64,000 bases of DNA from Balanoglossus misakiensis (lineage: Eukaryota > Animalia > Hemichordata). Numbering within the stretch: position 1 is the stretch's first letter; each line of letters opens with the position of its first letter. Positions 38,324 to 51,065 of this stretch are shown here, piece by piece. The notes under the pieces were generated by a model. The model was given only the letters and a program-made list of their open reading frames with translations, did no database searches and was not told the DNA's origin. Location of the stretch: positions 7,608,317-7,672,316 of the forward strand of contig CM082595.2 in the NCBI GenBank assembly GCA_040954595.2. The letters run 5' to 3'. The position numbers and the translations under genes are program-made.

Positions 38324-38980
38324 TGTACGGCGAGTATCCGACAAAACGCGAGTATCTGACAAAAATCTTTCTACCAATAGCTTACATGGCTTTAGGGAGT
38401 CACTTAGCCACCGCAATTCATACATGCTGCACGTTACATACCACCACGATACCGCAATCGCGTGTAAACTGTGTTTAAACAACTGTTTGTGTTAATACAC
38501 GGTGATGTTTGTTGTTCGGCGATCGCACCTATAGACATAGGCCTACATGTATAAAACGAGAGAAGTCAGGAAACGTTGCCACTTTTGCCAGTGCACTGCA
38601 GAGTTCAGATGTTTCACTCACTCAAAGGCAAAATTTCATCAAAAAATCGCCATCGATACCACCAATGACATGTCAAAATTCACACCTGCTGTCCAATTTG
38701 CGGCGATCATGTGTGTCTTTTGGGGCGTTTTCTGAGAGGGGGGCTACGCGTTATGTGTACTGTTGTGGGATACACCGTGACTATGAGAGGATTGATAATT
38801 TTACGCAATTAATGCAATTTACCGTATTTTTTAACTACCTATATACGGCCATTCTGTGATTGTGTAAATCAATTTCATTCGTGTGTTTTGACAGGCGAAG
38901 TATTCTGTTGGGGTTTACTTTCCGCAAATGGGTAGGGTTACAAGCAGTAATTGGTCATTTTTGTCAGATACTCGCCGTAG
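38324..38980. mobile_element. MITE with TACGGCGAGTATC(C/T)GACAAAA TIRs at the Crypton 3' end
   Basis: TACGGCGAGTATCCGACAAAA ... TTTTGTCAGATACTCGCCGTA. Confidence 0.6.
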
Positions 38981-38984
38981 ATAC

Positions 38985-39038
38985 CATAGGGAACTGAGTA
39001 ATTTTGTTATTGTTATTGTTGTTGTTGTTGTTGTTATT

Positions 39039-39107
<69 letters not shown>

Positions 39108-40194
39108 AAGATTGGTAATAAAATTTTAAAAAAATCAATGTTCATTTCTTGCTATGTTTGTCGATGTTGTAGATAACTGTAAAAAAACCCCAACCATAAT
39201 CGTGGAAAACACGACCTAGGTCGCCGAATGTCACTACCGTCTTACATACAGGCAAGGGTGGAATCCACATGCCCTGGATCTAGGCTCATGGGCCACCTTC
39301 AAGGCCCTGAAAAATCACCCCATTCACCAGCGAGCGATTAAATTATGCCACCATAGGCATTGAAATTTATCTCACTGACCTAATTTGGGCTTCACTTCAT
39401 CTATCGACCTGCAAACGAGTGGAAAAACGGCGATTTCCAAGTCGTACCCAGTCAAATTCAATCACATTTGAATGACGCGACCGGTGGTGATGGCTCCATT
39501 TCTCTGCCTATTTAAATTGACCAATCGGGCGCCCTGTAAAGGCTGCCTCGGCCACCGCTCAACTCGTACGAGCAACACCCGGAAGTGTACGTTCTGACTA
39601 TCGACTGCACTGTATTCAAGACGTAAAATGGTAGATTTTATGACAAAGTTGGGAAGTATCCATTTATCTGTATGACTCTTAAGGTTTCGCCTCCTTTTTT
39701 TCGCGTTATTTTGAACGCAGTTACACGTACTCGTACGAGTTGAGCGGTGGCCGAGGCAGCCTTTACAGGGCGCCCGATTGGTCAATTTAAATAGGCAGAG
39801 AAATGGAGCCATCACCACCGGTCGCGTCATTCAAATGTGATTGAATTTGACTGGGTACGACTTGGAAATCGCCGTTTTTCCACTCGTTTGCAGGTCGATA
39901 GATGAAGTGAAGCCCAAATTAGGTCAGTGAGATAAATTTCAATGCCTATGGTGGCATAATTTAATCGCTCGCTGGTGAATGGGGTGATTTTTCAGGGCCT
40001 TGAAGGTGGCCCATGAGCCTAGATCCAGGGCATGTGGATTCCACCCTTGCCTGTATGTAAGACGGTAGTGACATTCGGCGACCTAGGTCGTGTTTTCCAC
40101 GATTATGGTTGGGTTTTTTTTACAGTTATCTACAACATCGACAAACATAGCATGAAATGAACATTGATTTTTTTAAAATTTTATTACCAATCTT

Positions 40195-40257
<63 letters not shown>

Positions 40258-40281
40258 AACAAAATTACTCAGTTCCCTATG
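38985..40281. mobile_element. Foldback element with ~550-590-bp near-perfect inverted arms and a 157-bp spacer
   Basis: 38985-39572 is the reverse complement of 39730-40281, including (GTT)n/(AAC)n tracts; flanking direct repeat TAGATAC (or GTAGATACC). Confidence 0.92.
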
Positions 40282-40604
40282 TAGATACCAGCGATAGTTC
40301 ACAGGATTGAGATGTTGACTGTTTGATTTCGTGACTGTTGAATTTTTTGTGAAACATTGCATTTCAAAACTAGTTGACATTTGACAATTCAGTAGCGTTC
40401 TGTTCTGTTCTGTTCGACTTGCACGTATGTTCCGTCTCACACAAAATTTACGAATGAGCTGAATCAGCTGGGCTGAGCCTCTTCACTATTTTTTCTCTAT
40501 ATCCATGCGCAGCTTGAAATAATTAAAACCTTTCCGAAACCATTGAAATCAATTTTATTGCAAAATATTAAGACTGTCCCGGGTCTATGAATATAATAAA
40601 TACA

Positions 40605-40765
40605 TAATCTCCCAGTATTTCTCACTCGTATTACGTCAGCGAGGGACTCGTGACTCCTCCATAGCTGTATCCCCTCCTCGCCTATCGCATCGGAGGGATA
40701 CGGCCGCTATGGGGGATCACTCGTCCCTCGCTGACGTAATACGAGTGAGAAATACTGGGAGATTA
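40605..40765. mobile_element. Hairpin MITE
   Basis: TAATCTCCCAGTATTTCTCACTCGTATTACGTCAGCGAGGGAC ... GTCCCTCGCTGACGTAATACGAGTGAGAAATACTGGGAGATTA. Confidence 0.75.
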
Positions 40766-40899
40766 ATATATAATTAACCCCTGGCATTTCTATTTATTAA
40801 CATTTTTATGGGATAAAAACCCAATGAATATAAATAATATACTGCGTGTATACTGTGTTTCAACTCTATACATGTATACTAGTACTGTTATTTTGATCT

Positions 40900-42600
40900 T
40901 CAATCGTTATGTGAAGTTTCAACTTTCTCTTTGACGACAAACCACACTTCATTATGTCGATTGAATAACTTGTAGGGACTATCGTAGCCAGCTGTGTAAA
41001 AGTAGTCTTCGTGAAAATCGTTCTTGTCCCCCAACGCTTCTGCCAATTTCTTCGCTTCTGTTAACCATTTCTCTTCATTTGAAAAGCCACCGAATGTCCT
41101 AAATGAAAATAAGCAGTTGTCAAATGATGTACAAAAATAGAGTTTGGTTTGATCAGTTGGTCATTGCCTTGTCGTTTTCCGGGTTTTGTGCCCGCAATTT
41201 TATACTCAGGCAAAAATAATAATAATATGTGCTGTTCCGATTACATGATTTTCAAAAATAGGGTAGGTAGGTAGGGAAAGTTTTTTATTTTGCATTTTTT
41301 TATTTCTATGGCCGCCGTAGTGTAGAAGAATGACGTCATAGTTCTTGCGTGATACACGCGATTTTCATCGTTATTTGAACTTCCGGGTTTACGAAGCTCT
41401 AAAAAGTTTAGAGTCGTCGGGTTAAAATTAGGGTAGATCGGAGAATCGGAACAGCACATATTTTTTTATTTTGGCCTAAGTAAATCGCTGTGTTTCTATA
41501 GGAATCACGTCTTGCTGAAAAAGTGACCATTGTGTTTCTGTGACAGAACTGTTGCCATGGAAACGTTTCACTTCAGCCTGTAGTGAAACTTATTACTCAC
41601 CTGACGTAAATTTTTCTTTTTGGATGTTCTGTGATGAAACAGTCTGGGGCTTTTGGTTTTGGTGGGTCGTCATAGCAATCCTTGGGCACGAAGAACGACA
41701 TGGTAAACGTGCTTTCACATGCAGGGCCTGCGCCTGGTTGAACGTGCATGGTGACTGGAGCGGTCATTGGAATATTTTGTTCTGCAGTAAAACAGGTAAG
41801 GGAAGATAATTGAGTGAAACCGGTCAACTCAAAACTGTGAAGTTAACTGCAAATAATGCAGAATAAAGCATCACATCAGTGGATTAATTTACAGGTAAAT
41901 AACATCTACTTCAATGTTGTGGGTTGAATTTGAAGATGTTTTTACCCCTTTACAAATACCCACGGCACACTAGTTCGTCCTTTTAGGCCTAAATGCTTCA
42001 CACTATAATTAGCGGATCGATAGATAGATTGAAGACGTCAATAGATGATAACTGAGCAAATATAAAAACACGTAACGCTAAAATATATACCTTTTACATT
42101 ATTGCCTTGAATATACTTAAAAAGCTTCCAAAACATTGTACTACTAGCTTTGCTGTATGTCATACTTTCAACTCGAGAACTAACCCACTTCGAAGCTGTA
42201 TACTCTCTGAGTTCATATTCCTGTGTAAAAATTAAAGAGGAATTATTCAAGGAAATGGTGACCCATTAAGAAGCATCGTTATTTAATATCTATGAAATCA
42301 ACGCACGTCGAAATCAAACAAAAATAAAATGAGATTTATTTACTTTGATTTTAAGAGCATTTATAGCCCACTTCTGTGGAGTATGTGCTTGTATGCGGGA
42401 GGAGATATTCTCATCAAGGTGGACACCCACGCGGCGCGACGACGCGACCGCTTCTAAAAGCTATGTGCATCCTTGATTGGCATTTCTTCCCAATAAATTA
42501 AGAGCAGAAATAGACTTCGCAGTCTTACCTCATTCTTTTCAAGCAGCGCGTATTCGGGAGTCTCAATCTGCGCAAAGAAGTTCTTCACTGCTTTGAACAT
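40900..42600 (-). CDS. HEBP2: SOUL family heme-binding protein 2-like, no signal peptide (paralogue A)
   Basis: Exons 42600-42529, 42220-42091, 41781-41601, 41098-40900: IETPEY...EYELREY..SKWVSS...FWKLFKYIQGNN...IPMTAPV...FTMSFFVP...PPKP...YVRTFGGF...YTAGYDSPYKLFNRHNEVW. Likely 5'UTR exon with donor at ~43201. Confidence 0.92.
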
Positions 42601-43299
42601 TCTGGAAGAATCGGAAAACACAATCATATTCAGCGATGTAATTGCAATATTGCAATATTAACAACATACAGTCTAAAATAACCTTGAAACCAGTAAACTG
42701 TGCTTGACTGCAATTTGGACTGTACCATTCTGTGGTGGTGAATGTTAGCATTAGCCTGACAAGGGTTAGCGTTAGGGTTATGACTGTATTGAAAATGACC
42801 GGAGTGATTAAGTTTCGTGAATAAAGTCAATTTTCGGTTTTTAAATGAAATCATTTATAGTCATAACCCTAACCATAATGCTAACTTCGGCACCACAGAA
42901 TGGTATAATTGCAGTTGTAGTCGCCTGAAAGTACAATCGACATGGTGCTAGTAAAGTACGATATACTACGCGGGGCTCAGCAGAAATGATAGGTACGCCC
43001 CCCCCCCCCTCCCCCAGTCAACTGAGCTGAGTACAAGGTCACGAGTATCGGTTTATGCCAGGCGCCGCGCCTGGGTATATGCAAAACAAAAGCCCGACCC
43101 TGTTCAACGCTTTGTTAGCTGCGAAGTCTTTCATTGCAGAAAGCTTACTGCATGTATACACACAGCGTTCTGTGACTTCAAACAAAGAAAGGCCGATTTA
43201 CCTGTCGTCTGATGACTCCTCTGAGGAAGACCAATAATAGGCAGAAAAGTGTCTTGATAATATCAGCGTAAACGACGGTTTTGAAATGACGTGTGCCTG

Positions 43300-43980
43300 G
43301 CCGATGATGTGTCTCACCGACCACATGAGTTCAATTTATGGACTGCTGGGACGACTGGTTATATCACACCTGCACGCACATGGTTATGTATAGTGGGTTG
43401 GGTTATTCCATTTTATGACTGGGGTGTTGGCATGCGCTGTGGCAAATACGATCAATTGTGCGTTCGTAAACGTACGGTCACTCCACACGTCACTGACCGT
43501 GGTAAACGACAACACATAACACTACATGTAAATGTTTACGATGCAGTTATTTCTCAAAGTATGTAATATTATCGGGTGAATTTCAGTCTTAACTTTTGGG
43601 CCAAATTTTGCATTTGGGGATATATCCTTCAATGAGTCAATCTGTGAAAACCTTACATGGCACTCCAGGAAATTCACGTGTACTGATGCGTGACGCGGTG
43701 ATACTAAAACAATCAGCATCGTGTAGATAGAAGTGCTTATATAATTCGTATTTACCGAAGGATACTGCAAGACAGTGAAAAACTACTCGAATCATATACT
43801 AGTATTTGTTTACACGTGAAGGTGACGTACGTTGTTCCAACAATAGTTACATATCTTTACTCAGCGATTGGTCACATGCACGTCCTCAAGGTTACGAGAT
43901 TGACACTTACGTAATATACGTCACGCGGACTTGACTGATGCTCTTGCAAAACGACAAGTTTGGTATATCTTGATCTCAGT
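43300..43980. promoter_or_regulatory. Putative bidirectional promoter between the two SOUL genes
   Basis: Lies between outward-facing donor sites (~43201 minus; 44057 plus GTAAGT); CACGTG at 43675 and 43813, TGACGT at ~43823, ATTGG at ~43867, TTACGTAA at 43907. Confidence 0.4.
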
Positions 43981-45373
43981 GGGTTCATCAGTTCCATTCT
44001 AGCAAAGCAGCGTTACACATATACAGTACTTCGCTCTCGTCTGTTCTTCTTTCACGGTAAGTGCATGCGTTTTGTTGTGTTTGGGGTGAAGAAAATGTGC
44101 GCCAGTGACCATGTTCAACTTTCAAGTTCGAAATTCACATCAGTACTGGGTCCGAAGCGAGTATTTTCTTGCTGGACCTAGGGTTTTACGGTCCTTGTGT
44201 CCGAACACCAAAATAGAGGCTTGAGTACAATACTCAATGTCACTCTAACCAACTCTACTTCTTCATATAATTTCTAACATTGCGTCCTATGTCTCATTTC
44301 CGAGGGGCGGATCCAAACCCAGGTGTTCGTGAGAGCGCTGCATGTGAGCTATTTCTGGTTGCGCCTGTCGGAACAAACCATGATTTCTCTACAAATATGA
44401 CTTGTCCGGATTTGCAGAGGCGTTTATTAATTACATACTGTAGACTTTGTAGGGTAAAATCGCATGCGTATTTTGCGTCAAAACGATTTTATTTCTCCAA
44501 AAAATGGAGAAAAACTAACCAGAAGACACAAATAAGTTAAACAAAAATAAAGAAAAATAGGGATCAAGATGACATGAGTATTGATTGTTAAAATAATCAG
44601 CTAAAATAATTATTATTGTCACTCGAAATTCTAGCCAAACCGCATACAGTACCGTGACCCATAGCCAAACCATAGGCAGGTTGAGTTTACCCCTGTTCGT
44701 AAAACAACGTCGTTTGTGGTTAGAAAGTTTCGGGGACTTTGTTGTTACTATAATATCCCCGTGATTTCCCATAACAAGGCGCAGGTGGACGAGCCAGCAG
44801 CGAAACCAGGGGGGAGGGGGTGCGGGAGTGGGGTGTGCCATCGTTCCAAGCAGTGTCTTTGGTGCAATCTTTCAAAGGAAAGACCACCTGTGTGCGGTGA
44901 ACTTAGCTGTAAATTTAGAATAATACATGTAATATGCTAGGAAGCAGGGAGTAACTGTTACAGTTATGTGTGACCTGATACTGAACTTGTCTTTGTTTTG
45001 GTATTTGCACTGCATTGCTTTATAAATAATGGACAGAAAAAAAGTTTGATCGAGAGGGGGATCGAGAGCGTGGGATCAAATTGTTCAGGCTCCTATAATA
45101 CAACAAACAGAACTCGTGCGAGATATGTAACCCTAGATGCTAGTGGGAGTGTGAGATTTTATCATTCCAATCGGTGAAATTTTAAAGGTTTTTGCAGATC
45201 GTTTTTGCACATTTGGGTTCTGATTTTATTTTATTTTATTTTGCAAACTAATCTGAAGATATTTCCCCAACTTTTTCTTGTTTTTTTTTTCTTTGACTAG
45301 GCCCCTGCCCCTTCGCCCAATAACTATCTAATGGTCCGTGCCTAATTATCCGTTATCTTTCAGGTTAAGGGTC

Positions 45374-48300
45374 ATGGTTTATCACATGATGTTGTGGATT
45401 GCGGCTTTGGTAATGCTGGTCTCTGGAAGAGCCACTGAAAATGTACAGAAGGAACCCACCTTCTGCAATGGACTGGATTGTCCCAAGTTTACTACAATCA
45501 CAAGCAAACCGGTAATGCATTACTGCACAACACAGTTGACACAGTTTGTTCTTTCGTTTACTCCACTCCGTGTTTGTAGCAAGTAGAGTCGCTTGTGAGC
45601 TCTGATTCCAAGTGAGCTCGCGTACGGTCCCTACACACGTGTACTTTGGAGAGACTGTGGCTCAAACCTCAAATCACCTTGGACTCTGTCACATCCCTTC
45701 TCGCCGTCCTTGCAGGCTTATGGCCTGGTTGCATGTGCACACCATATGCTGCTTCTCCTTTGCTAAACGGTTGAGGGCGCGTCAGCGTAAGGGCCTTGAA
45801 GTCAGCTCTGCGCACAAGTGTTGGCGCTCACAATTGAGATTTGTGCAGACTACATGTATATACGTGGCTGTTTTTGAGATCGGGGCTATGCTGTATTAAA
45901 CATAGACTCTCTCACGGTTCGCTGCAAGGCTCTTCACTGATGCGCCCTCAACTGTTTAGCAAAGGAGAAGCCCATATGGTGTTGTGTAGCGAACCTCTCG
46001 CCGGGCACACATGCAATCAGACCATAAGCCTGCATGGACGGCGAGAGGGGCTGTGAGAGAGTATGTATTAAACATTGCTTTGCGCCCGCGCGAGCGTGTC
46101 TGAAAACTTCGCCTATTCTCTTTTAATATTCTACTCAAGCCCTTATCATTTGCAGGGTTATGATGAGAGGGCGTATGAGCCAAGTAAATGGACCACTACC
46201 CTAATATCAGGAATGGACTACCAGTCAGCTGTATCAGAAGGATTCATGAAACTGTTTGAATACATCAGTGGCCATAATGTTGACAGTAAGTGGTTTTTCG
46301 CCTTGTGTATTTTACACGCATTGCCTGACCCTGAGGGCTAACAGATTTGTTTCCTGGTGGGACTGCGATTTGCCAGAGGAAAAAATCGATATTTCTTGAA
46401 AACCTGAGAATAAGTGGGAATTTCTGATAAAATACATTGGCAGGTATAGTACTGCTCTCGGAAACCCAAGATCAAGCTGTCAGGCGGCTTCTGAACTATG
46501 ACATACATAATACTCATATGTTGTAGAAAATTCGCAGACAAGAAACAAGGTCTATGAACGCATTTTGATCACGACTATCACCTGCGACAAGTACGTTACC
46601 CCCTAGCCTGGTCTCCATACCCAGTGATTTTTTTACTGATAGACTCACACTCGAGTGTGTGAGTCTATCTAAAAACACACTAGGTATGGAGACCAGGCTA
46701 GTTACCCCCCCCCCCCCCCTTGTAAGAGAGATAGAATCTGGAAATAAAGGCGGTCTGGTTTCCTTCTTGCGTTTGATGGTTTCTATTAGTTCCCAAAAAG
46801 TAACCTCAGAGGTGACTACTCTGTAATTCTGGAGACTGGTTTCAGATGTATGGGTTCACGTATACGTTCATTTCCTCATTTGTCTGGCCCTACATTTGTT
46901 AATGTTGTAGGTACAAATACATAACTAGGCATATTATGTTTTCTTTACATAACCGAACTGCCAAATTTTTAATTTCTGATAGAAACCGTCATTTTGTCCA
47001 GTGTAGTTTTTGCTTAGGCGTGTAGAACCGTTTATAACCGATAATAATTGTCATTGATGTGTACACAGAAAAAAAGGTTGCCATGACGGCACCCGTCATC
47101 ACAAAGGTGGAACCAGGACAAGGGCCAGCGTGTGCCAGTAATTTCACTGTCTCATTCATGGTACCATTTGCTGACCAGGCAAATCCACCCAAACCATCAG
47201 ATCCTACTGTGTATCTATCTGAACTGCCAGCTTTGAAAGCTTACGTCAGGTAAGATACTTAAGCCTTTAAAGGGACAAAATCTCTATCTCGCTGCCCTTT
47301 TTTCATTAATTATTGTTGATACAAGACACTGTTTATGTCATGCTACATGTGGATGTATAGTGTATCAGTGTTCGACCACACACAACTTCCATCCCGTTTG
47401 AAGGATATGAGAGTAAAAATCTCGCCAAAATGAATAATTGGTAAATACCGATTATTCATTTTGGCGAGTTTTTCACTCTCATGTCTACAAGTGGGATGGA
47501 AGTTGTGTGTGGTCGATCGTTGATTCACGATATCCACATGTAGAATAATGTAAACAGTGTCTTGTATTAAACATAATTAATGGGAAAAGGTCAGCGAGAG
47601 AGAGACTTTGTCCCTATTTATTATAGTGATATGTTTGAACTAGGCCAAAACTACATGTATATAGTGGGCGAAAGACTTTCTAGTAACTTGCATGGCTAAA
47701 TTTTAATACTAGTGAAATCTGTTGTGTATAGCTGCAATGACCACACCCATGTTAAAATTATAGCAAATAGTGTCACACGTATTTGTCTAATCCCCTTTTC
47801 TTCTTTATATTCTGTCAAGTATAGGATTTGAGCGATGGATAACTTTTTAATAATGCTTTATAGGCCCTATTCATTTATTGTCCTACTGAACTCGCGGGCA
47901 ACTACAATAATCTTTGGATCTATTACGTTCACGTTTTTCATGTGTCTCTGCAAAGCTCTTGATCCTTTGACTACATTTCGGTTTATCAGCCTCTTAACAG
48001 AAGCATCCATATTAATATTAAAGGTCTCATGCCATGCCCTATACAACCACGCGTAAACTCACTATTTGGGTCTTGAAGTTAAAGGTCTCATGCCATGCCC
48101 TATACAACCACGCGTAAAATCACTATTTGGGTCTTGAAGTTAACGTATGTTACTATCTTGCAATGCGTTTTGCCCCTTGTGCTTAGATAACAAGCAAGTA
48201 AAAGTGGCGGGTGGGCGTGTACCCCTAACCCAACTCAGTCGATTTTTTTCGGCTTTTCGAAGTTAAAGCCCCAGTATTTCTCGTGTGCATCCATTTTTCA

Positions 48301-49720
48301 TCATCGAAAAAAGCCCGTTTTTCCAGTACATCCATCATGGAATACTATATAATGAAGATGTAAGAAAGGTTTGGGCAATTGTAGCTACATGCAAGCCGAA
48401 AATATCGCCCGTAACACTTGAAATGATGCGCGGGTTTGTTTACAACGGAAATGTTGTACATGTCGATCAGCAAACGTGCCACTTTGACATTTTGATGGTC
48501 AGACCATTTTCGGATTTGATCTGGTTCCATCGACTGATTTCTCCCATAAAGTTATCTTCCCAAAATTTCGCCGAATTAGTGCGCATTTCTTCGCTGAGTC
48601 GCTTGATTTGGGGCGACCAAACCTCTTCCGCATAGATTCACATTTGAGTGCGCATGCGCACTAGTCACGTGTGTCAACATTAGCCTGACTCACGTGACTT
48701 TCTGTCCGGACAGAAAGTCATTCTTCACTCGTTATATTGTAAATTGTATGAGTTTATCAGCAGAGCTGGGGATGATGACTGTTCGATTCAGTATCAATTA
48801 TCATCTACTTTTAGAAATTATAGATGCCGTTTCAAACAAAATTTTGCCCCTACGAGAAATACTGTGGCTTTAAGCCGAAGACTTATCTTGATGTGGACAA
48901 ATAGTCTTTCACACCTTTGTAAATCCTCTGCCTGCAATGTGAGGCAAGGGCTTCCTTTGCTTTGCACACTGTTTATATAGCTTGTCTTTGTCTGTGGACT
49001 TAATTACTCATGGACCGATAATTACACTTTACTGTAAACAGAATGGTACACTATGACGTAGTGTACTTGTTTGTCCATATGCAAATACCTTCGCCTGGCT
49101 CGAGTGCAAAGTGGCTCCCCGATCAAAGGCATGAAAAAAGGGGGCAAATTCCGGCATTCGCGCACATTTTTCGGAACCGACACAATAGGCAATGCATAGA
49201 CAGGTACCCTAGGTGAGCTTTTGACGTGGAAAAATGAAAACTTTCCAAAGCATGACATGAGACCTTTAATTCATGTAGAGAACATTACGTCACAGCAGAT
49301 TTTACATACGATAGACAATCCTTGTGTTAATGCGCATGCGCGACCATGATGCATTGCAAGACACTCACATTTTCAACTGTACTTGCTCTGTACATTTGGT
49401 TATTGTTGTCATAAAAGTGATCGAACAAATGGATCGTGTTCTTTATTCATTATGCGAATCTAATTTTGCTTTATCCAACTGGATCAGCTTTGTTAATTAT
49501 GACTGGCAATACAGTAAAGTCTGAATCTCTTTATTTATTGACTGACAGGTCTTTCGGTGGCTTTGCAAGTGGAGATGACTATGTAAAAGACGCCGAAGCC
49601 TTAGCCAAAGCACTGAACAGCACAGCTAAATACCACACAGAGTACTACTACACCGCTGGATATGACTCTCCATTCAAACCCTTCAATAGACACAACGAGG
49701 TCTGGTTCATTGAAGTCTGA
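45374..49720 (+). CDS. HEBP2: SOUL family heme-binding protein 2-like with N-terminal signal peptide (paralogue B)
   Basis: Exons 45374-45511 (MVYHMMLWIAALVMLVSG...FCNGLDCPKF), 46156-46285, 47069-47249, 49549-49720: YDERAYEPSKW...GFMKLFEYISGHN...VAMTAPV...FTVSFMVP...YVRSFGGF...YTAGYDSPFKPFNRHNEVWF. Confidence 0.92.
46604..46700. mobile_element. 97-bp hairpin MITE with 9-bp TSD
   Basis: GTTACCCCC|TAGCCTGGTCTCCATACC ... GGTATGGAGACCAGGCTA|GTTACCCCC. Confidence 0.75.
48022..49265. mobile_element. Kolobok-like non-autonomous element with a tandemly duplicated 61-bp left end
   Basis: TTAA|AGGTCTCATGCCATGC (twice, at 48022 and 48083) ... GCATGACATGAGACCT|TTAA. Confidence 0.75.
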
Positions 49721-51065
49721 CCTGACCTTATTCCAGATGTGTGTTTTTTGTTCTGAAAATCGTCTCTTCATTTTGTACTTACCAGTTGTTCGATATCAAA
49801 TGACGTCAGACGCGCTCAGGCGCAGTTACTTTGGCATTCAAATTTCCAGATGATTGGCAACTTCAGCAACGTGGTACAGACAAAGACTGTGCAGACGAAA
49901 CGCCATGAGGCTGATGAGGCACCATACCTGATACATGTTATGTGTCTGGCAGTTCTAAAGTATAAACATACTCGGAAAAACGTTTACTGGATGACGAAAT
50001 ACTGCTTGCCCGGCCTCTGGAAATGACAACGCCGTGGGTCACATGAACAGATCACGTGATTGATATTAAAGAATAATGAACTCGTACTGAAATCATTGTC
50101 ATGTTTCTTAAAATCGGATTTTGTAAACAGATGAATTTTAAATAAATACACAATAACTACACATTAGTTTATGTTTAAGTTATTATGATCTGTATGCGGG
50201 AATTTGGATTTGCGTAAGTCCTGGGTTCGATTCCTGAGGAGATTAATAAGCAGTTGTTTTCACTCAAATGAGAACTGCGATGTTTGATCTTCCTCGAGAG
50301 CTAATAATCAGAACGAAGGCCAGATATCTTTCAGTGGATTCGATTTCTGGGACGAGCAGCCTACAGTGTTTCAATTAAACCCGCGAGAATTACCAATAAG
50401 CCCACTTGCGTTCCAGTTTAATTGAAACAGACAAGGAAACATAAGAAATACTTGCGAAAAAAGGCAACGGAAAATGGAAGAATTTCTTGCTTTGGAATCG
50501 CTGAGGGCCAGAGGACATCCTGGAAACCAAGAAGCGCAAAGGTGAAAGTGGTATATCGAACTCGGAGTCTCTTATACCTTTTGCCCCAAAATGGTTAATT
50601 TAAGAAAATATGAAAAACATAGCATTTTCTCCATTTTCAGTGATCCTATGATAAACTAAAGTCCATTCTATATTTAAAAGTGGTGACTTTTCCAAAAAAC
50701 ACTCTTGCTAACCCCATGCACAGAGGACAGTATTGCCAATTTCGCCAGCATTTTGCTCAAAAATGATACAACACGCAAAACAATTGAAGCCCGCGACCGT
50801 CTACGCGCGCGTATCCGCGCGTGGGACGATCATGACCACTCAAGAAACAGGAAATAAATGTTGATGTGGAAAATAATCCTGCGTTAAGAATAATTCACTA
50901 TCATTGAACCATTTTCTTTCTGTCTTTTTGTCATATTTTCATTCCAATTTCACTATGCATCTCGTAGATAGAGATCATATCAACATAGGAACTTCCGCAT
51001 TGCATGCATATAAATGATGGTTTACGTCTTTCCATTCATAATACATTGGACTTAATGCATATATA

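Noticed and set aside
38915-40440. Poly-Val/poly-Thr ORFs and the 122-aa ORF across the foldback centre
   Set aside because: Products of (GTT)n tracts and palindrome symmetry; no transposase motifs
50210-50250. tRNA gene (GGTTCGATTCC B-box)
   Set aside because: No cloverleaf or A-box could be built; at most a SINE relic
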